Shown here piece by piece: positions 51,171-64,000 of a DNA stretch of 64,000 nt (positions are counted from its first letter, which is position 1; each line of letters opens with the position of its first letter). Origin of the DNA: Octopus vulgaris (Eukaryota); contig OX597825.1 in assembly GCA_951406725.2 (NCBI GenBank), forward strand, positions 35,898,001 to 35,962,000, written 5' to 3'. Below the pieces are notes generated by a model. The model was not told the origin of the DNA, made no database searches, and was given only the letters and a program-made list of their open reading frames with translations. The translations under genes were made by a program, and so were the position numbers.

Positions 51171-52803
51171 GACAGGCTTCTACACAATTTCCACCAACCA
51201 AATTCACTCACAGTGCATTGTTTGACCCAGAGATCAAGGTGCTGTGCAACAGGACTGAATCTGAAACCATGTGGTTACGAAGCAAGCTTCTTAACCACAC
51301 AGTCATGCTTATCCTCATCATCATCATTTAATGTCTCTCTTCCATGCTGGTATGGGTTGGATGGTTTGACCAGAGCTAGCAAGCAGGAGAGCTGCACCAG
51401 GTTCCAGTCTGATTTGGCTTGGCTTCTACAGCTGGATGCCCTTCCTAATGCTTACCACTTTACAGAGTGTGCTGGGTGCTATTTACATGCTATCAGTACA
51501 GAAGCTTTTAATGTGGTGCCAGCACACCTATACACATATATATGATAAGCTTATGGTTTCCATTTACAAATTCTATTCGCAGAGCATGGTCAGCTTGAGG
51601 CCAAAGAACATTTACCCACAATGCCACACAGTGGGAACAAACCCTGAACCACATAGTAACAAATGAACTTCATAATTGTGTGGCTGTGCCTGCAACTCTC
51701 ATGAAGTTAACTGTGGCAATATTTTAAAGAAAATTTAAGAATGACAACAGAACATTTACTGACAGACTCATCACTAAAAATAAAAGTAAAATTAGTAATC
51801 AAATTTATTTTGAATGGGATCATTTCACCTGATGGCTTATTCAGCAAGATAAATAAGCCATTAGGCAAAACTAAAGTCCCACTGAAAAAAATAAAAAAAA
51901 TAGGCTGGTGGTATGCAAAAGGCACCTGTGCCAGTGATATATAAAAGGCACCCAGTACACTTTATGGAGTGGTTGGCATTATGAGGGGCATCCAGCCTTA
52001 GAAACCAAGCCAAAACAGATTGGAGCCCGATACAGCTCTCTGGTTTACCAGCACCAGTCAAACTGTGTTACTCAGGCTAGCATGGAAAATGGACACTAAA
52101 TGATGATGATGACAATGTAATGCTAACTCATTACTTTCTACAAATCAAAAACATTGTTAGTTATTGCTTTACATTTTAATATCATGTATTTGAAGTGCAG
52201 CATTTCATGACATTCCTGGCAGTAACAATCAGTGACAAGAACATATCTGTGCAACTTATATGGAATAAATACCATAAGGCATTTTTGCTTCACACACCAA
52301 GTTTATCAGTAAAAGATATTTTTTGTTGTTTTGTTTTGTTCTTTTACCTTTTACTTGTTTCAGTCATTGGACTGCAACCAAGCAGGGGCACCAGCTTGAT
52401 GTGTTCAGTCAAATATATCAAATAAGTACTTATTTTTTTAAAGTTTGTCACTTATCCTATTGGTCTCTTTAACTGAACCAGTAAGTTACAGGGACATAAC
52501 AAACTATCACTGGTTGACAAGAATTTTTTTTTTATATATATATATGTGTATATCTGTGTGTGTGTGTGATTGTGTATGTGTTTGTCCCTTTCATCAACGC
52601 TTGACAACCGGTGTTGTTGTGTTTATGTCCTTGTAACTTAAAGGTTCAGCAAAAGGGAACAATAGAATAAGTACTACGCTTAAGAAATAAGTCCTGGGGT
52701 TGATTTATTCAAATAAAACCTTTTAAAGCGGTGCTCCAACATGGCAGCAGTCAAATGACTGAAACAAGTAAAAGAATAAAAGCATGCATATATATATATA
52801 TAT

Positions 52804-53379
52804 AATCAAAATAAGCAACGGGATATCAAGTAGTGATGTAGTACGCCCGTTTCAAGTGGCTCCATTTAATTGAACAATACAATCATTACATCAATTTTAT
52901 AGACAGTTACTTAATATCCAATTGACTACTCCTAATGTCTTCTTTTCTCCCTGAGGAAAAGGGATACATATGACAATATTTATGACCATACTTAGCCATG
53001 AATTCTCAACTCACTCTTGTCCTTCATTCAAAACAGACATAATCTTCTAATCTTAGATTTAGTAGTTGATAAAGAGATAAATGAATTACAATCCTTTACA
53101 ACGCTATGACCCTAATGGGCTTCATGCGATTCTTGGAAGTGTAGTCTATTCTTAGCTGCAATAGTGACAACATGAACTTCCTCCATCTTCTTGCGCTGTT
53201 AAAGTATTTGAGAAAAATTATATTAATGTGTCCAACTGGTTAAAATTATATTTATTTATTTGTGCAGTTGAAGATGGCACTGCATTAAAATTGATATAAT
53301 GATTGCATTGTTCAAGTATATGAAGCCACTTGAAAGTCGTACTGCATTACTACTTGATATCCTGTTACTTATTTTGATT
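52804..53379. mobile_element. MITE-like element, 576 bp, with terminal inverted repeats of about 100 bp
   Basis: aatcaaaataagcaacgggatatcaagtagtgatgtagtacg...ttcaagtggc is mirrored by gccacttgaaagtcgtactgcattactacttgatatcctgttacttattttgatt. Confidence 0.85.
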
Positions 53380-56128
53380 TTATTCACCTTACTTCAAGCT
53401 GTGCAGATAATACCGAACTGACTTGGTGCTTCAACTTAGTTACCTAATTCAACTGAATCTAAATTATATATATATATGACAGGCTACTATAAAGTTTCCA
53501 TCTACCAAATTCACTCACAAGGCATTAGTCAGCTTGGGGCTATACAGAAGACACTTGCCTAGATGCTGCACAGTGAAACTGAACCCAAAACCACATGGTT
53601 GCAAAGCAAGCTTCTTAACCACACAGCCATGCATACATACATACAACATAACAGGCTTCCACATAAGTTCTGTGTATCAAATTTCACTCACTAAAACTAA
53701 AGACATTCACCTAAGACACTACACAATGCAATCAAACCCTGGAAGTACCCACATAAACCATATTTATTGAAGTACAATGAAATTGTGAATATAATACAAC
53801 TCTAAACTTTGGTATCTAAAAATCAATAATAGATTTTCCAGTCTTATCTTTTCTTTTTACACTCAAATTTAATGCCACCCATCAAATCTGTTCTGCATTA
53901 AATTTCTTCTCACAATGTTTTGTATTAAGTTTCTTGCATTATATAAGAATAACAATGACTTGAAGGGACACCATATTTTGTTATGCAACCATAATATTAA
54001 TATCTACAAAGTATATTTATTTCTTTATTACTTTTTCCCGGGATGCTACAAAGTATATTAAATGCTTTTATGAGTCAACACTGTGTTCTACTGTGTTAGC
54101 AATGTTATTACATCACTTACTAAGGTTATCTCCACAAATTTTCTATAGAAATGATAGCCAACACTGATTTTGTTATGTTTGATTTGGAAACATCAAAGCA
54201 AAATCAGTGCTACAGAAAATCTGTAGAGATAACCTTAACAAGTCATATAAGGATAAATACTGTAAATATATTCATATTAAAATTTATATAGAATAAAATC
54301 CATGGCCTGTAATGTTTAGTCTCACTACATTTATTTTCTTCACTCCAGTGTATAAGTATTTTTAGTTAAATCCTCCTGCATTACTTACACTGTTGTACTA
54401 GGCCACCTCAGACACATTTTCCATTTAATTTACACAATGTGGGTCAGTCTTTTTATTTATTTAAATAGAAAAACTAAATTTTTATAGGTTACAACAAATA
54501 AAGTTTGTGTTAAACAGCTTTAATCATTATTGAATGTGTTAGACATTGAAAAGAACTACAGTCAAGGCCAGCAACAGTACAAAGTTCTTGAGTACCCAAC
54601 CATTTTAAACATGATTAGCTATTACTGTGTGTGTTTTTGTTTCCTGTAAAACTGTTGTTGGTGACTTGTTTTATTCTTCCCTATTGTCAGTAAAAACAGG
54701 TCTGGCAATTCTAAAAAATGTCAGCAAACCAATTTATTATGACAAAAGATACAAAACTGTTGCTACATAAAAAACAAATTCTTGTAGATATCCCAGTTTT
54801 ATCTGCCAGAGTGTACTAAGCTAAAATGCAGTTGAGAAGGGGAGGAGAGGTATTTTGTAAAATAAAGCATTAAAAATAAAAACACTGAAGTACGAATAGT
54901 CTTAGAGATCATTGATAAGATAAGATGGCTCTGCAGGCAACACATCCATTTTACAACTACATAGTTCTGTGTTCAGTCCCACTAAGCGTACACATTGGGC
55001 AAATGTCTTCTTCCATAAACTCAGGTCAATGTAACACTTGAGAGTAACTTGTCAAGGAAACAGTCCTTGTTCTTGAATGACAGAGTTAAAACCCTTTTGC
55101 ATTCAGATTACTCTATCAAATGTAAGGATTATTTATTCAGTTTTCAAATATTCATGCATTACATTGTAGCTTGAAGAATTTGATGATGTGAGAGCTTATT
55201 TTTAGAATCACAATGTTGTAGGGTAGGCATGAGAGGCTAGGTCTGGCCAGTTTGAACATAAAACAGGTAGAATATTTGAGCCACATATGGTCAGTTTAAA
55301 TGGCCATATCTAAAGGGTCATTCTGTCACCCTGCTTAGCACCACCACCTGGTCTTAGGGTGCTATTAGATAAATCTACTCTGCTGCAAGTATTCAGGTCA
55401 GGTCTCTTCCTTTCTCCTCACCAGTCTCAGAGGCACAAAAAACAGTCTTGGGTGACACTCATCAGTGTCAGACTAAACCATAAAAACAAAAAGAACCTGA
55501 TACTGACAACAATAAAATTGGTATTTAAATTGAAATCTCAATAAAAAAAATAGGGTTTCTAAAGTCAACAATAGAACCTCTATATAATTGTTCAATCTGC
55601 AAGAAAACAGCCAAATCTCTCTTAAATTTTATACTACTGTTTAAAAAAGAGGACACATTGGTAGACTCTGATAAATAAAAAAGAAATTACCAATGATCTT
55701 GATCTTAAGTCTTCTTGATCAGGTTTGAATTGGGGTCAAACAATAACAACATGAACCAAGGAGGAAATTGCAAACTAAAGGTGATAAAGGTGGCAGTGGT
55801 AGTTAATGAATGCTTCTTTCATTTTTAAAATGTTAGAAATGTAGTTGGAGATCAGTGGACAAGGTCAGACAGATTACATTTCTTGGAAATAGGACACGCC
55901 TTCGTGTAGGCAAGTAACTAGCTTGAAAGTGCATTGTTTGAGAATAATGAAAGAGACATTCCCTGGACCAATCACTTTGTTGGAGTGGAGTGGGCAGAGA
56001 TGTTTTAGCACTTGGTATCTGGATAAATGTGGTGGTGAGACAGGTGGAATGGAAGAAGAGTTCTGAGTGTGTATGTAGTGTAAAATGATTAACTTTTTGT
56101 ATCTTCTTCAATAATTAATATTAAAAAG

Positions 56129-56310
56129 GAATGTGGCTGTGTGGTAAGAAGCTTACTCTCCAACCACACGGTTCCGGGTTCAGTTCCACCACATAGCACC
56201 TTGGGCAAGTGGCTTCTACTATAGTCTTGGGCTGACCAAAGCCTTGTCAGTGGATTTTCTAGACAAAAACTGAAAGAAGCTTGTCGTGTGTGTGTATGTG
56301 TATATGTATG

Positions 56311-56352
<42 letters not shown>

Positions 56353-56586
56353 TACACACACACATGTATTTGAGTGTCTGTGTGTGTGTTTATTCCACCC
56401 ACCCACCATTGCTTGACAACAGATTTCGGTGTGTTTACATCCTTGTAACTAAGTAGTTTGGCAAAAGAGACTGATAAAATAGTACAAGGCTTCAAGTCCT
56501 GGGGTTGATTTCTTCCACTAAAAATACCCTTTAAGGCAGTGCTCCAGCATGGCCACAGTCAAAATGACTGAAACAAGTAAAAGAAT
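56129..56586 (+). mobile_element. Full-length family A SINE
   Basis: Colinear with 29853-30264 from head to tail. Confidence 0.85.
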
Positions 56587-58083
56587 ACTTAGTCTTGAAA
56601 CCCAAATTGTAATAGGTTAGTATGCTTATATTGTTGTGTACTTTCAATAACTATATACGAAATATATGATTTAGACTAAATACAAACAGAAGAATCAGAA
56701 TTATCAGTACCATAAACTGAGGAGTTGAAAATTGTCTGTCCCAACTCTACAGCCTTGTTTGCAGATATTGCAGTGGTGAATAAAAGCTTCTAAGTTGGTT
56801 AAGATGGATGACTTCCTCTAGATGTTGAAAGCAACATTCTTCATTTATAAAACATTGAATGAGGATCTCATGTGTGAGAGACATACATAATTGTCTAAAA
56901 TGGATCCAAGTAAAGTACAGTTGCAGCCAATGTAAGTTTCAACAGAGCTGATGGAACTCCAATCCAATCAGAAACCTGACTCTAACCCTTTTAGCATTGA
57001 GATTTCTCGGTCAAATGTAAAGCATATTTATTCACATTGATTTGAATTAGTCATGCATCACCTTGTAACTTTAATATTTTTATAATGTGATTGTTAATTT
57101 TTAGAATAATACTATAGGGTAAGTATGAGAGGCCAGATCTGGCTGGTTTGAAGATAAAACAGATTATTTTTTATATATATATATATAAAAAATAATCTAT
57201 GACGAGCTTCTTTCAGTTTCCGTCTACCAAATCAATTCTCAAGGGTTTGGTCAGCCCAAGGCTACAGAAGACACTCGCCCAAGGTGCCACACTGTGGGAC
57301 TGAACCTGGAACCATGTGGTTGGTAAGCAAGCTATTTACCAGACAGCCACTCCTGCGCCTAATGGTTGACATTTTTCATTTGCAATTTCATCACCATACA
57401 CTTATCTAAAGCAAACACACACATACATATAAATTTTACATTGTGTTGACAAACTCAAGCTAAAAAATGTTTTGCAGAGGAATTAACAGATGCTATTACC
57501 AGGAATTTGGCACAAGCAAATTCAAATACCTCAGTCTTCAATGATGCAACAGTGCTAATCATATAATGATGATTATGCATTGATATATACCTATGTGATT
57601 AAGGTGTCAAGCTGGCAGAATTGCTAACATGCCAGGCAAAATGTTTAGCATCCATTTTTAAGTTCTGAGTTCAAATTCCACTGAGGTTGACTTTACCTTT
57701 CATCCTCTCAGGGTCGATAAATTAGTACCAGTCGAGTACTGGGGTTGATGTAATCAACTAATCCCCTCTCACAAAATTTCCAGCCTTGCATCTATAGTAG
57801 AAAGGATATGTATCTATGTGACTAGAAAAAAAAATCGTCCATTCTATCATCCTCCCTAAGTTAATCAAACAGTAGAGATTTCAATCAGTAATAACTTCAA
57901 AAGCATACTAGAAACTCATCAACATACCAAATAACCAAGACTGAACCACAGACCTTTAAATCTTCAGTTTAACATACCCCTCTCAACAGAGATATTTTGG
58001 CTATCTATTAATGGGTTCATATATGTGAAGAAACTTATTTGCCACTGTAAAATATAAAAATAATTTTGCTGAAACATGTTAAA

Positions 58084-58348
58084 TAATGAGTAGAGAGAAA
58101 AACCCATCCAACATTAGGAAAAAAATACCATTATATACCGATATATAAGTCACACCCTCTAATTTAGTGTTAAATTTTGGTAGAAAATTTTTTTCCCTTC
58201 ATAGTTTTAGCTTTATCTCATAATGAGTAGAGAGAAAAACTCATCCAACATTAAGAAAAAAATACCATTATATACTAATATATAAGTCACACCCTCTAAT
58301 TTAGTGTTAAATCTTGATAGAAAATGTTTTCCCTTGATAGTTTTAGTT
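58084..58348. repeat. Tandem duplication, unit about 136 bp, 2 copies
   Basis: ataatgagtagagagaaaaacYcatccaacatta...gtcacaccctctaatttagtgttaaat...catagttttag starts at 58084 and again at 58220. Confidence 0.9.
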
Positions 58349-59254
58349 TTGCCTTGTGTATAAATCATGCCCCAGTTTTATCAATTAAAATCAAGCATAA
58401 AATAGAGTGACATACACATGTAAATATGGTAATTCAGAATAGGTTTGTTTTGTTTATACACCTTTCATTTACAGGATTTAGATTTGTCTAAAATCTATAT
58501 ATTTATACAAATAATGCAACAGATGTACTGCAGCTATTACATTTTTCAAGTTAGGTAAACACACACAGCAATTCAGCTGTTACAGCCTGCTGAAAACGTC
58601 AGCCAGAACTCTTACAAATCACACCCAAATCCTGAAATGAAGGCTAACTAAACAATTTAAGTTGTTCTTGATATACAAACAATGGGACTGTCACAAGCAG
58701 TATGTACTTCCTCATAGTGTTTTGACAGTGGCTGATATGAGACTACCTGACGACACCAAAAGTTACCTTGAGTGAACTAGAAAAAGTTTCTGCTTGGGTA
58801 TGTAACCTGCTAGATGTAACAGCCAAATTTCTCTCAAATCACTCCTGTCTATCTTAAATTAGAAAAAGGTATATTAGTAATTGTTGTCCTATACCTACAG
58901 CAGACAATATATAAAACATAGATATGGTCAGTAAACAGATGATAGACAAACAGACAGACGGCATCTGCCTACCTTAAAGTCTATGGAGAATAATTATAAG
59001 TAAATATCCAAATCCTCAGTTTGGGTCACAGATATACATATATATATATCATTTTACACCTGCCCTTCCATGCTAGATCGTGGAGGATGGATTTTCTGAG
59101 GTGAATTTCTATGGCCAGACAATCGTTCTGTTGCCAACACTTTTAGTCATATCGTGAAATATGCAGGGACATAGTGTATGCATTCTAAAATGGAGATACA
59201 CATGGTGACATACATACCTACCTATATATATATATATCAATCTTCTATACTCAC

Positions 59255-59570
59255 TATTCTTTGGCGGGTCTTGCAGGTAGAATCCTCAAGCACCTCCTCT
59301 CTAGGGGCCCATGAGAAGTCATTAGACATTTTGGCTGGATTCCCAAGCATGACCAACTGAGACTGGATATTATCCAACCATCTTGTTCTTGGTCTGTCCC
59401 TAGGTTTCCTGTTAGATGGTTCAGCTTAAAGAATCCCATCTTGTGATTCTTTCCTGCCACACTCTAATACTAGAGCTGTGACTTCTCAATGTGGAGTAAT
59501 AGCAGCTCAGCTTGGAGATACTCCCCAATCTTCATGCTTCACACTCTACCAAGTAATATTACTCCAGAGC
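59255..59570 (-). mobile_element. Old RTE-clade LINE 3' fragment
   Basis: The minus strand reads GVILLGRV*SMKIGEYLQAELLLLHIEKSQL, then KPRDRPRTRWLDNI, typical of the RTE ORF C-terminus. Confidence 0.65.
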
Positions 59571-60180
59571 TACTTCAAGTTTCATGACAGTATAGTAGTC
59601 AGATGAGCTTATAGTATGCTGAGCAGAATCTAGCAATTATTCAGTCTCAAATGACTGTAAGGAGATGCAAGGAAAAAACAAGTAAAATCAAGAAGGAAAT
59701 GTTAAGAAACATTTTAAGGGGAAGAGGGATAAAAGAATATTGTTATGTTTAGTGTTAACATAAAAAAATACTATATCTAGTGGTGAGCAGTTGAATGGGA
59801 GTGCATTGAGATGTTAAAATATGAGACTAATCTGACGTGATGGAGGTGCTCATCCAGTTGAATAATAGACACTCTTCAAGATACATACATCTTGTAAAAA
59901 TCCCTGATCTTGAGTTTAGAAGGTCAGTTCAGTACTTCAAACTTATAAGGATGTATGTTCTTTTACCTAGAGAGAACCTACACTCTTTTAATCAATTTGA
60001 TGTACAACCTAGAACTCTCTATGATGTCCATTTGAAGTCATAGTATATTGCTATCCCCGAGATTCAAGATATGTCATGCTAGCTTTGTACTCTTTTTTCA
60101 TCTACATGCTTGAAAAAAGACTAGTGGTTAGTATATCTTTTTCTGAAGCTTTTCCTTTATGTGTGAGTGTGCATAAATAT

Positions 60181-61225
60181 GTTTCTTTATTAGCCACACA
60201 GGGCTGTACACAGACGGGACAGATTACAAAGTAGAGCTTTTCTTTATGGGGAGAAAAAAAAAAAGTGGTGTAGGTTTTCGATCAAAAGGGAAAGAAAAGA
60301 AAAAAACAATCAATAGGGATCGTGTATCACAGAAATGTCATGATGTAAAGTGTAAAGGAAGAAACAGATAAGGTTTATCCGTAGAAAGAAAAAGACCACA
60401 GTAACCTCGATCAATAATGTCACATGTTAACACATTTGTTTGCAAGTAGGTAACCCTCTGTTTTAAATTTTTCCGGGTTCATAGGATTATGCTCAAGGTG
60501 GCTTCGTCATTCATACATGCCATCCTTGCTACATTCACCTATCCTTTTTCGAAACATTTGCTAGACAAAACTTGCCTTTCTACTCTCACTTTCCTTTTCA
60601 AGTGGTACTTGAAGAACTTGAGAGATTGACCAAAGAGGAAAGTGTTTGTCTCCAATCCTTTCAGACGTGTCCACCAGATACATTCTTTCGCCATAGCCAC
60701 AAGAATGATGAAAATAGCTCTTCCTTCCCATTTGAAAGAAGGAAGCGTGACAATATTGACAACAGACATTCATGCTGATAAACCAACTCGTCCCACACAT
60801 GACAGTAGTTGTTCGACATAAGCCCACAGGTCAGAAATTGTTGGACACTGCATGAGTACATGCAGAACGGTTTCGTCACTCTGACCGCATCTCAGGCAGG
60901 TCGGCCCCATGTTTTTCGAACCGTGTCTGTAGAGCTTATCCCAAACGGGTAGCACTTTTTGGTAGCACTGCCAGGCCAGGGATCTCTGGAAGTTGTCCAT
61001 GGGCCCTGGCCCGAAAGTCGTCCTGAACAGGCGGGTCAGGTATTCCTCATCGATGTCCAGGTTCGCCTCGAGCTCGTTGTCATACCTCCCCTCCACTAAT
61101 CCCCTATAGAATGTTTTGGTTGTGTTGAAGTCACTCAAGGTCGACCTGGGACGGCATAGTTGCTTGAGAGCAACGTGACACTCGCGGTGCCATCTGCCCT
61201 TCCTCGGCCTCTTTTTGATCCACGA
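60181..61225 (-). mobile_element. 5'-truncated L1/Tx1-like LINE: ORF2 C-terminus (CCHC zinc knuckle) plus 3' UTR
   Basis: FQRSLAWQCYQKVLPVWDKLYRHG...TCLRCGQSDETVLHVLMQCP (C-x2-C-x8-H-x4-C), followed by LVAMAKECIWWTR. A T-rich 3' UTR ends in aataaagaaac. The region is GC- and CpG-rich relative to its flanks. Confidence 0.85.
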
Positions 61226-61363
61226 CTGCAGAGTGTGTATAAATATATAAAACCTCACACATGTATAGATACATACATAAATATATAAACATACATATAT
61301 TCAGACAATCAGATATATGTAGGTTGACAGATTTTATTTCATACAAGGCATAGACAATACATA

Positions 61364-62154
61364 GAAGGTGCATTCAAAGAGTATCTGACTTTATTTTTTC
61401 CCACCAAAACTAATACCATATTGGCAAAATCCTTTGGGTGGGAGTTGACACCACCCTTTCTGTGCACAAGTGAATATTTTCACACCATTAAGCTGTATCA
61501 GTTCCCAGCTGTTATACCTACAGTACAGACATATGCATGCTCAACAGATTTTCATTTTTACACAAGATAACTGGATGCAGAGACCATTAAACCCATATCT
61601 CATTACCCATGATGATGGTCTTCATGAAATCTGGCTCAGGGTTTGCACAATCCAACGTGTCTTGAGCAATTTCCATGCAGTGTTTCTTCTGCTGCTCGGG
61701 CAGCACTTTGGAGATGAATTTCATGGACATTCTCCACAGGCACAAATCTTGCATAAAAATGGAATGTGCTGATCCTGTGTTTATTTCCACTACATGGCCA
61801 ATTTCCTGGATTGTTACACAACTGTTTTCTATGACAATTCACTAAACCTTCTCAATCAGTTCCTCATTTCAGCTTGTGGATGGCCAGCCTGGGCATGCCT
61901 TGCTCTCCACTGAAGTGCGGCCATATTAGAAGTGGTTGTATCACTCCTTGATCTGAGATTTGCCTATGAATTCAATGAGCAAGTATCATGTCTGCATTCT
62001 AAGTGTAACAGCTTCAAACTGACACAGCCTGCAGGTGTGAAAATTTTCATGCAAGCACATGAAGGGTGGCACCACCTCCCACCCAAAGGATTTTGCACAT
62101 GTGACATTAGTCTTGGCAGGAAAAAGTAGTCATATACTTTTTGAACATACCTCA
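61364..62154 (-). mobile_element. Mariner-derived element whose 3' half is replaced by an inverted copy of the 5' end
   Basis: TA flanks. 61364-61542 is the approximate reverse complement of 61977-62154 (gcaaaatcctttgggtgggag, ttttcacacc). The interior encodes mariner N-terminal residues up to FMKTIIMGNEIWV, a decayed ITGDETW. Confidence 0.82.
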
Positions 62155-63679
62155 TATTACCATCATGCTATTAAAGATCACATTCCCTCTACATTACACT
62201 CCATATTTAATTCATTAAAATTTTAGAGTTGTCTTCCCTAGCGAGTTTCTTTTTCTTACTAGAATTAGCCATTTAGAAAATGATTGTTCCCATCATTAAT
62301 GGAAAAATTTTAATCAAAATTTCTTTCTTTACAACATTAAGTATGCTAGCACTTATTTTACTAATAAGTATGTAAATATATAGGTAGATAGGTTAGATAT
62401 GTAGATAATAGTAAAAATACTAGTAATTTTTTTTTTAATTTGGTATATTTTTTTGTAGTTTCTGTTGTTTTATACTCCGTAGTAATCCTTGATATTTAAT
62501 TATTAGAAGAGGGAAAAAGAAATGAAGTGAGTGACTCAACAATATGCAAAACAATGTTTGTAGTCTATTGCAGTTATTGTAGTTGAGTTATAAGGAGTGG
62601 AATGAAGAGAGAAGTGAAAGTAAGAGAAAATGGGAGGAGAAGTATGAGGGGAATAGGCCATGTAACAGTAAATGGATACAAGTAAACACTTAAACACACA
62701 CACACATATTGATCTATCATAATAACTTCTCAGAAAAAAAAATTTAGAATGTCAGCCACTAGCCTTAATTATATAGGTGCATGAACACACACACACTTAC
62801 ATGTAGAGTTTAGTCAGCACTGTAATTGACATCAGGAGGGAAAAAATAGTAATTACAGGCAAAGGTCAAAGGTCACATACATGTGACCTTTCAGTTTGCT
62901 AGCCAAAATATATTACTTCTTACTAAAAGCTGAACTTAATCCCTCTTAATCTTACATATAATAGTTAGTTTTTGATGAGCCATCTGACTAACAAAAAAAA
63001 AAACCTTGTGCTAAGACTATCAAGTGTGTTTTTTGCAAACTAACAAAGCTACACACATACACACACTGTCCCCACCCTATCTCAAACTGTTATTCCTACC
63101 CTACCACATACAGCCTCTATGATGGAATTAACAGTCAAATCTTCTTCAAACTACACACTTACGTCTTTCTTGAATAAACTATGGTCATGCTAAGTAATGA
63201 ATGTTGTACCTAATAACACAGGAGCCCACATGTGGAAGCTGAAATAACCTTGATGATAGGTCTATTTCATCAGTACTAACCTTGTTAATATATCAACATA
63301 AACATAACCAAGACACATCAACACCTAACACTGCCATATAATCATTAAACCAAGTATTTTGTTTTACTCCAATAATGAATCAGCAGCTTTATGGTAAAAA
63401 GTATTTCAGCTCTGAACAATCTTATTTTCAAACAGTGTAACTAAGACAGTACATTATCAAATGTCACATTTATTTTTAATGACATGTGATCTTAAGTCAG
63501 CTTTGATCCAGCTGGCTAATGATAAAAGTATTTCAACTGTGACCATCCCATCTTGTTGTCAGGCATAATGTATCTAGGGCTATATGAACCAACATGTCTT
63601 GCCTTTCCACCTTTTAAAAAAAATAATATCCATGTCTAGATAGGTTTGACAGGTTACGTAATTGGCCCCTTGCTGTTAA

Positions 63680-63940
63680 CCCTTTGACATTTAGATTATT
63701 CTGTCAAATGTAATGCTTATTGATTCACATTGTTTTGAATTGATTATATATTATCTTATAGCTTTAAGATTTCAATGATGTGATTGTATATTTTAGAATG
63801 GCATAGTAGGAAGGTGTAAGAGGCCAGATTCGACCAGTTTGAACATAAAACTGATACAATATTGGGCCAGATCTGACCAGTTTTAACATAAAACTGGTAG
63901 AATATTTGGGCCAGATATGACCAAGTTAAATACTAAAGGA
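63680..63940. mobile_element. piggyBac-like MITE family 2 copy with TTAA TSDs and an internal duplication of about 43 bp
   Basis: ttaa-ccctttgacattt...aatactaaagga-ttaa. ggccagat..gacca occurs three times. Confidence 0.75.
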
Positions 63941-64000
63941 TTAAGCATCAGGTCAGTTCTAACCCACCAAACCGATGAGCAAAGATGTTCCAGCTGTGAT

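Overview
AT-rich, repeat-dense animal genomic DNA. The SINE and microsatellite repertoire looks like an octopod cephalopod (Octopus-like); this is inferred, not proven. One protein-coding gene is supportable: the 5' part of a UBAP1 (ESCRT-I subunit) orthologue on the minus strand. It has four phase-compatible coding exons (19203-19236, 16212-16285, 15508-15564, 12694-13839); I could not locate the exons for the C-terminal SOUBA domain. A candidate bidirectional promoter lies at about 22.1-23.0 kb. The rest is intronic or intergenic and holds degenerate mariner, Tc1, maT-like and piggyBac elements, MITEs and fold-backs, a non-autonomous Helitron, CR1, RTE and L1/Tx1 LINE fragments and several SINE families. 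Main leads: (i) the UBAP1 central region has 7 YxN motifs plus PxxPxR motifs, like a Grb2 docking protein; (ii) the symmetric 1146-nt exon is flanked by inverted retroposon copies, a possible circRNA or editing substrate; (iii) one SINE copy shares its 3' tail with the L1/Tx1-like LINE; (iv) two mariners show the same inverted-5'-end fold-back architecture. No prokaryotic-type system (CRISPR etc.) is present. SINE and LINE boundaries are approximate, read by eye.
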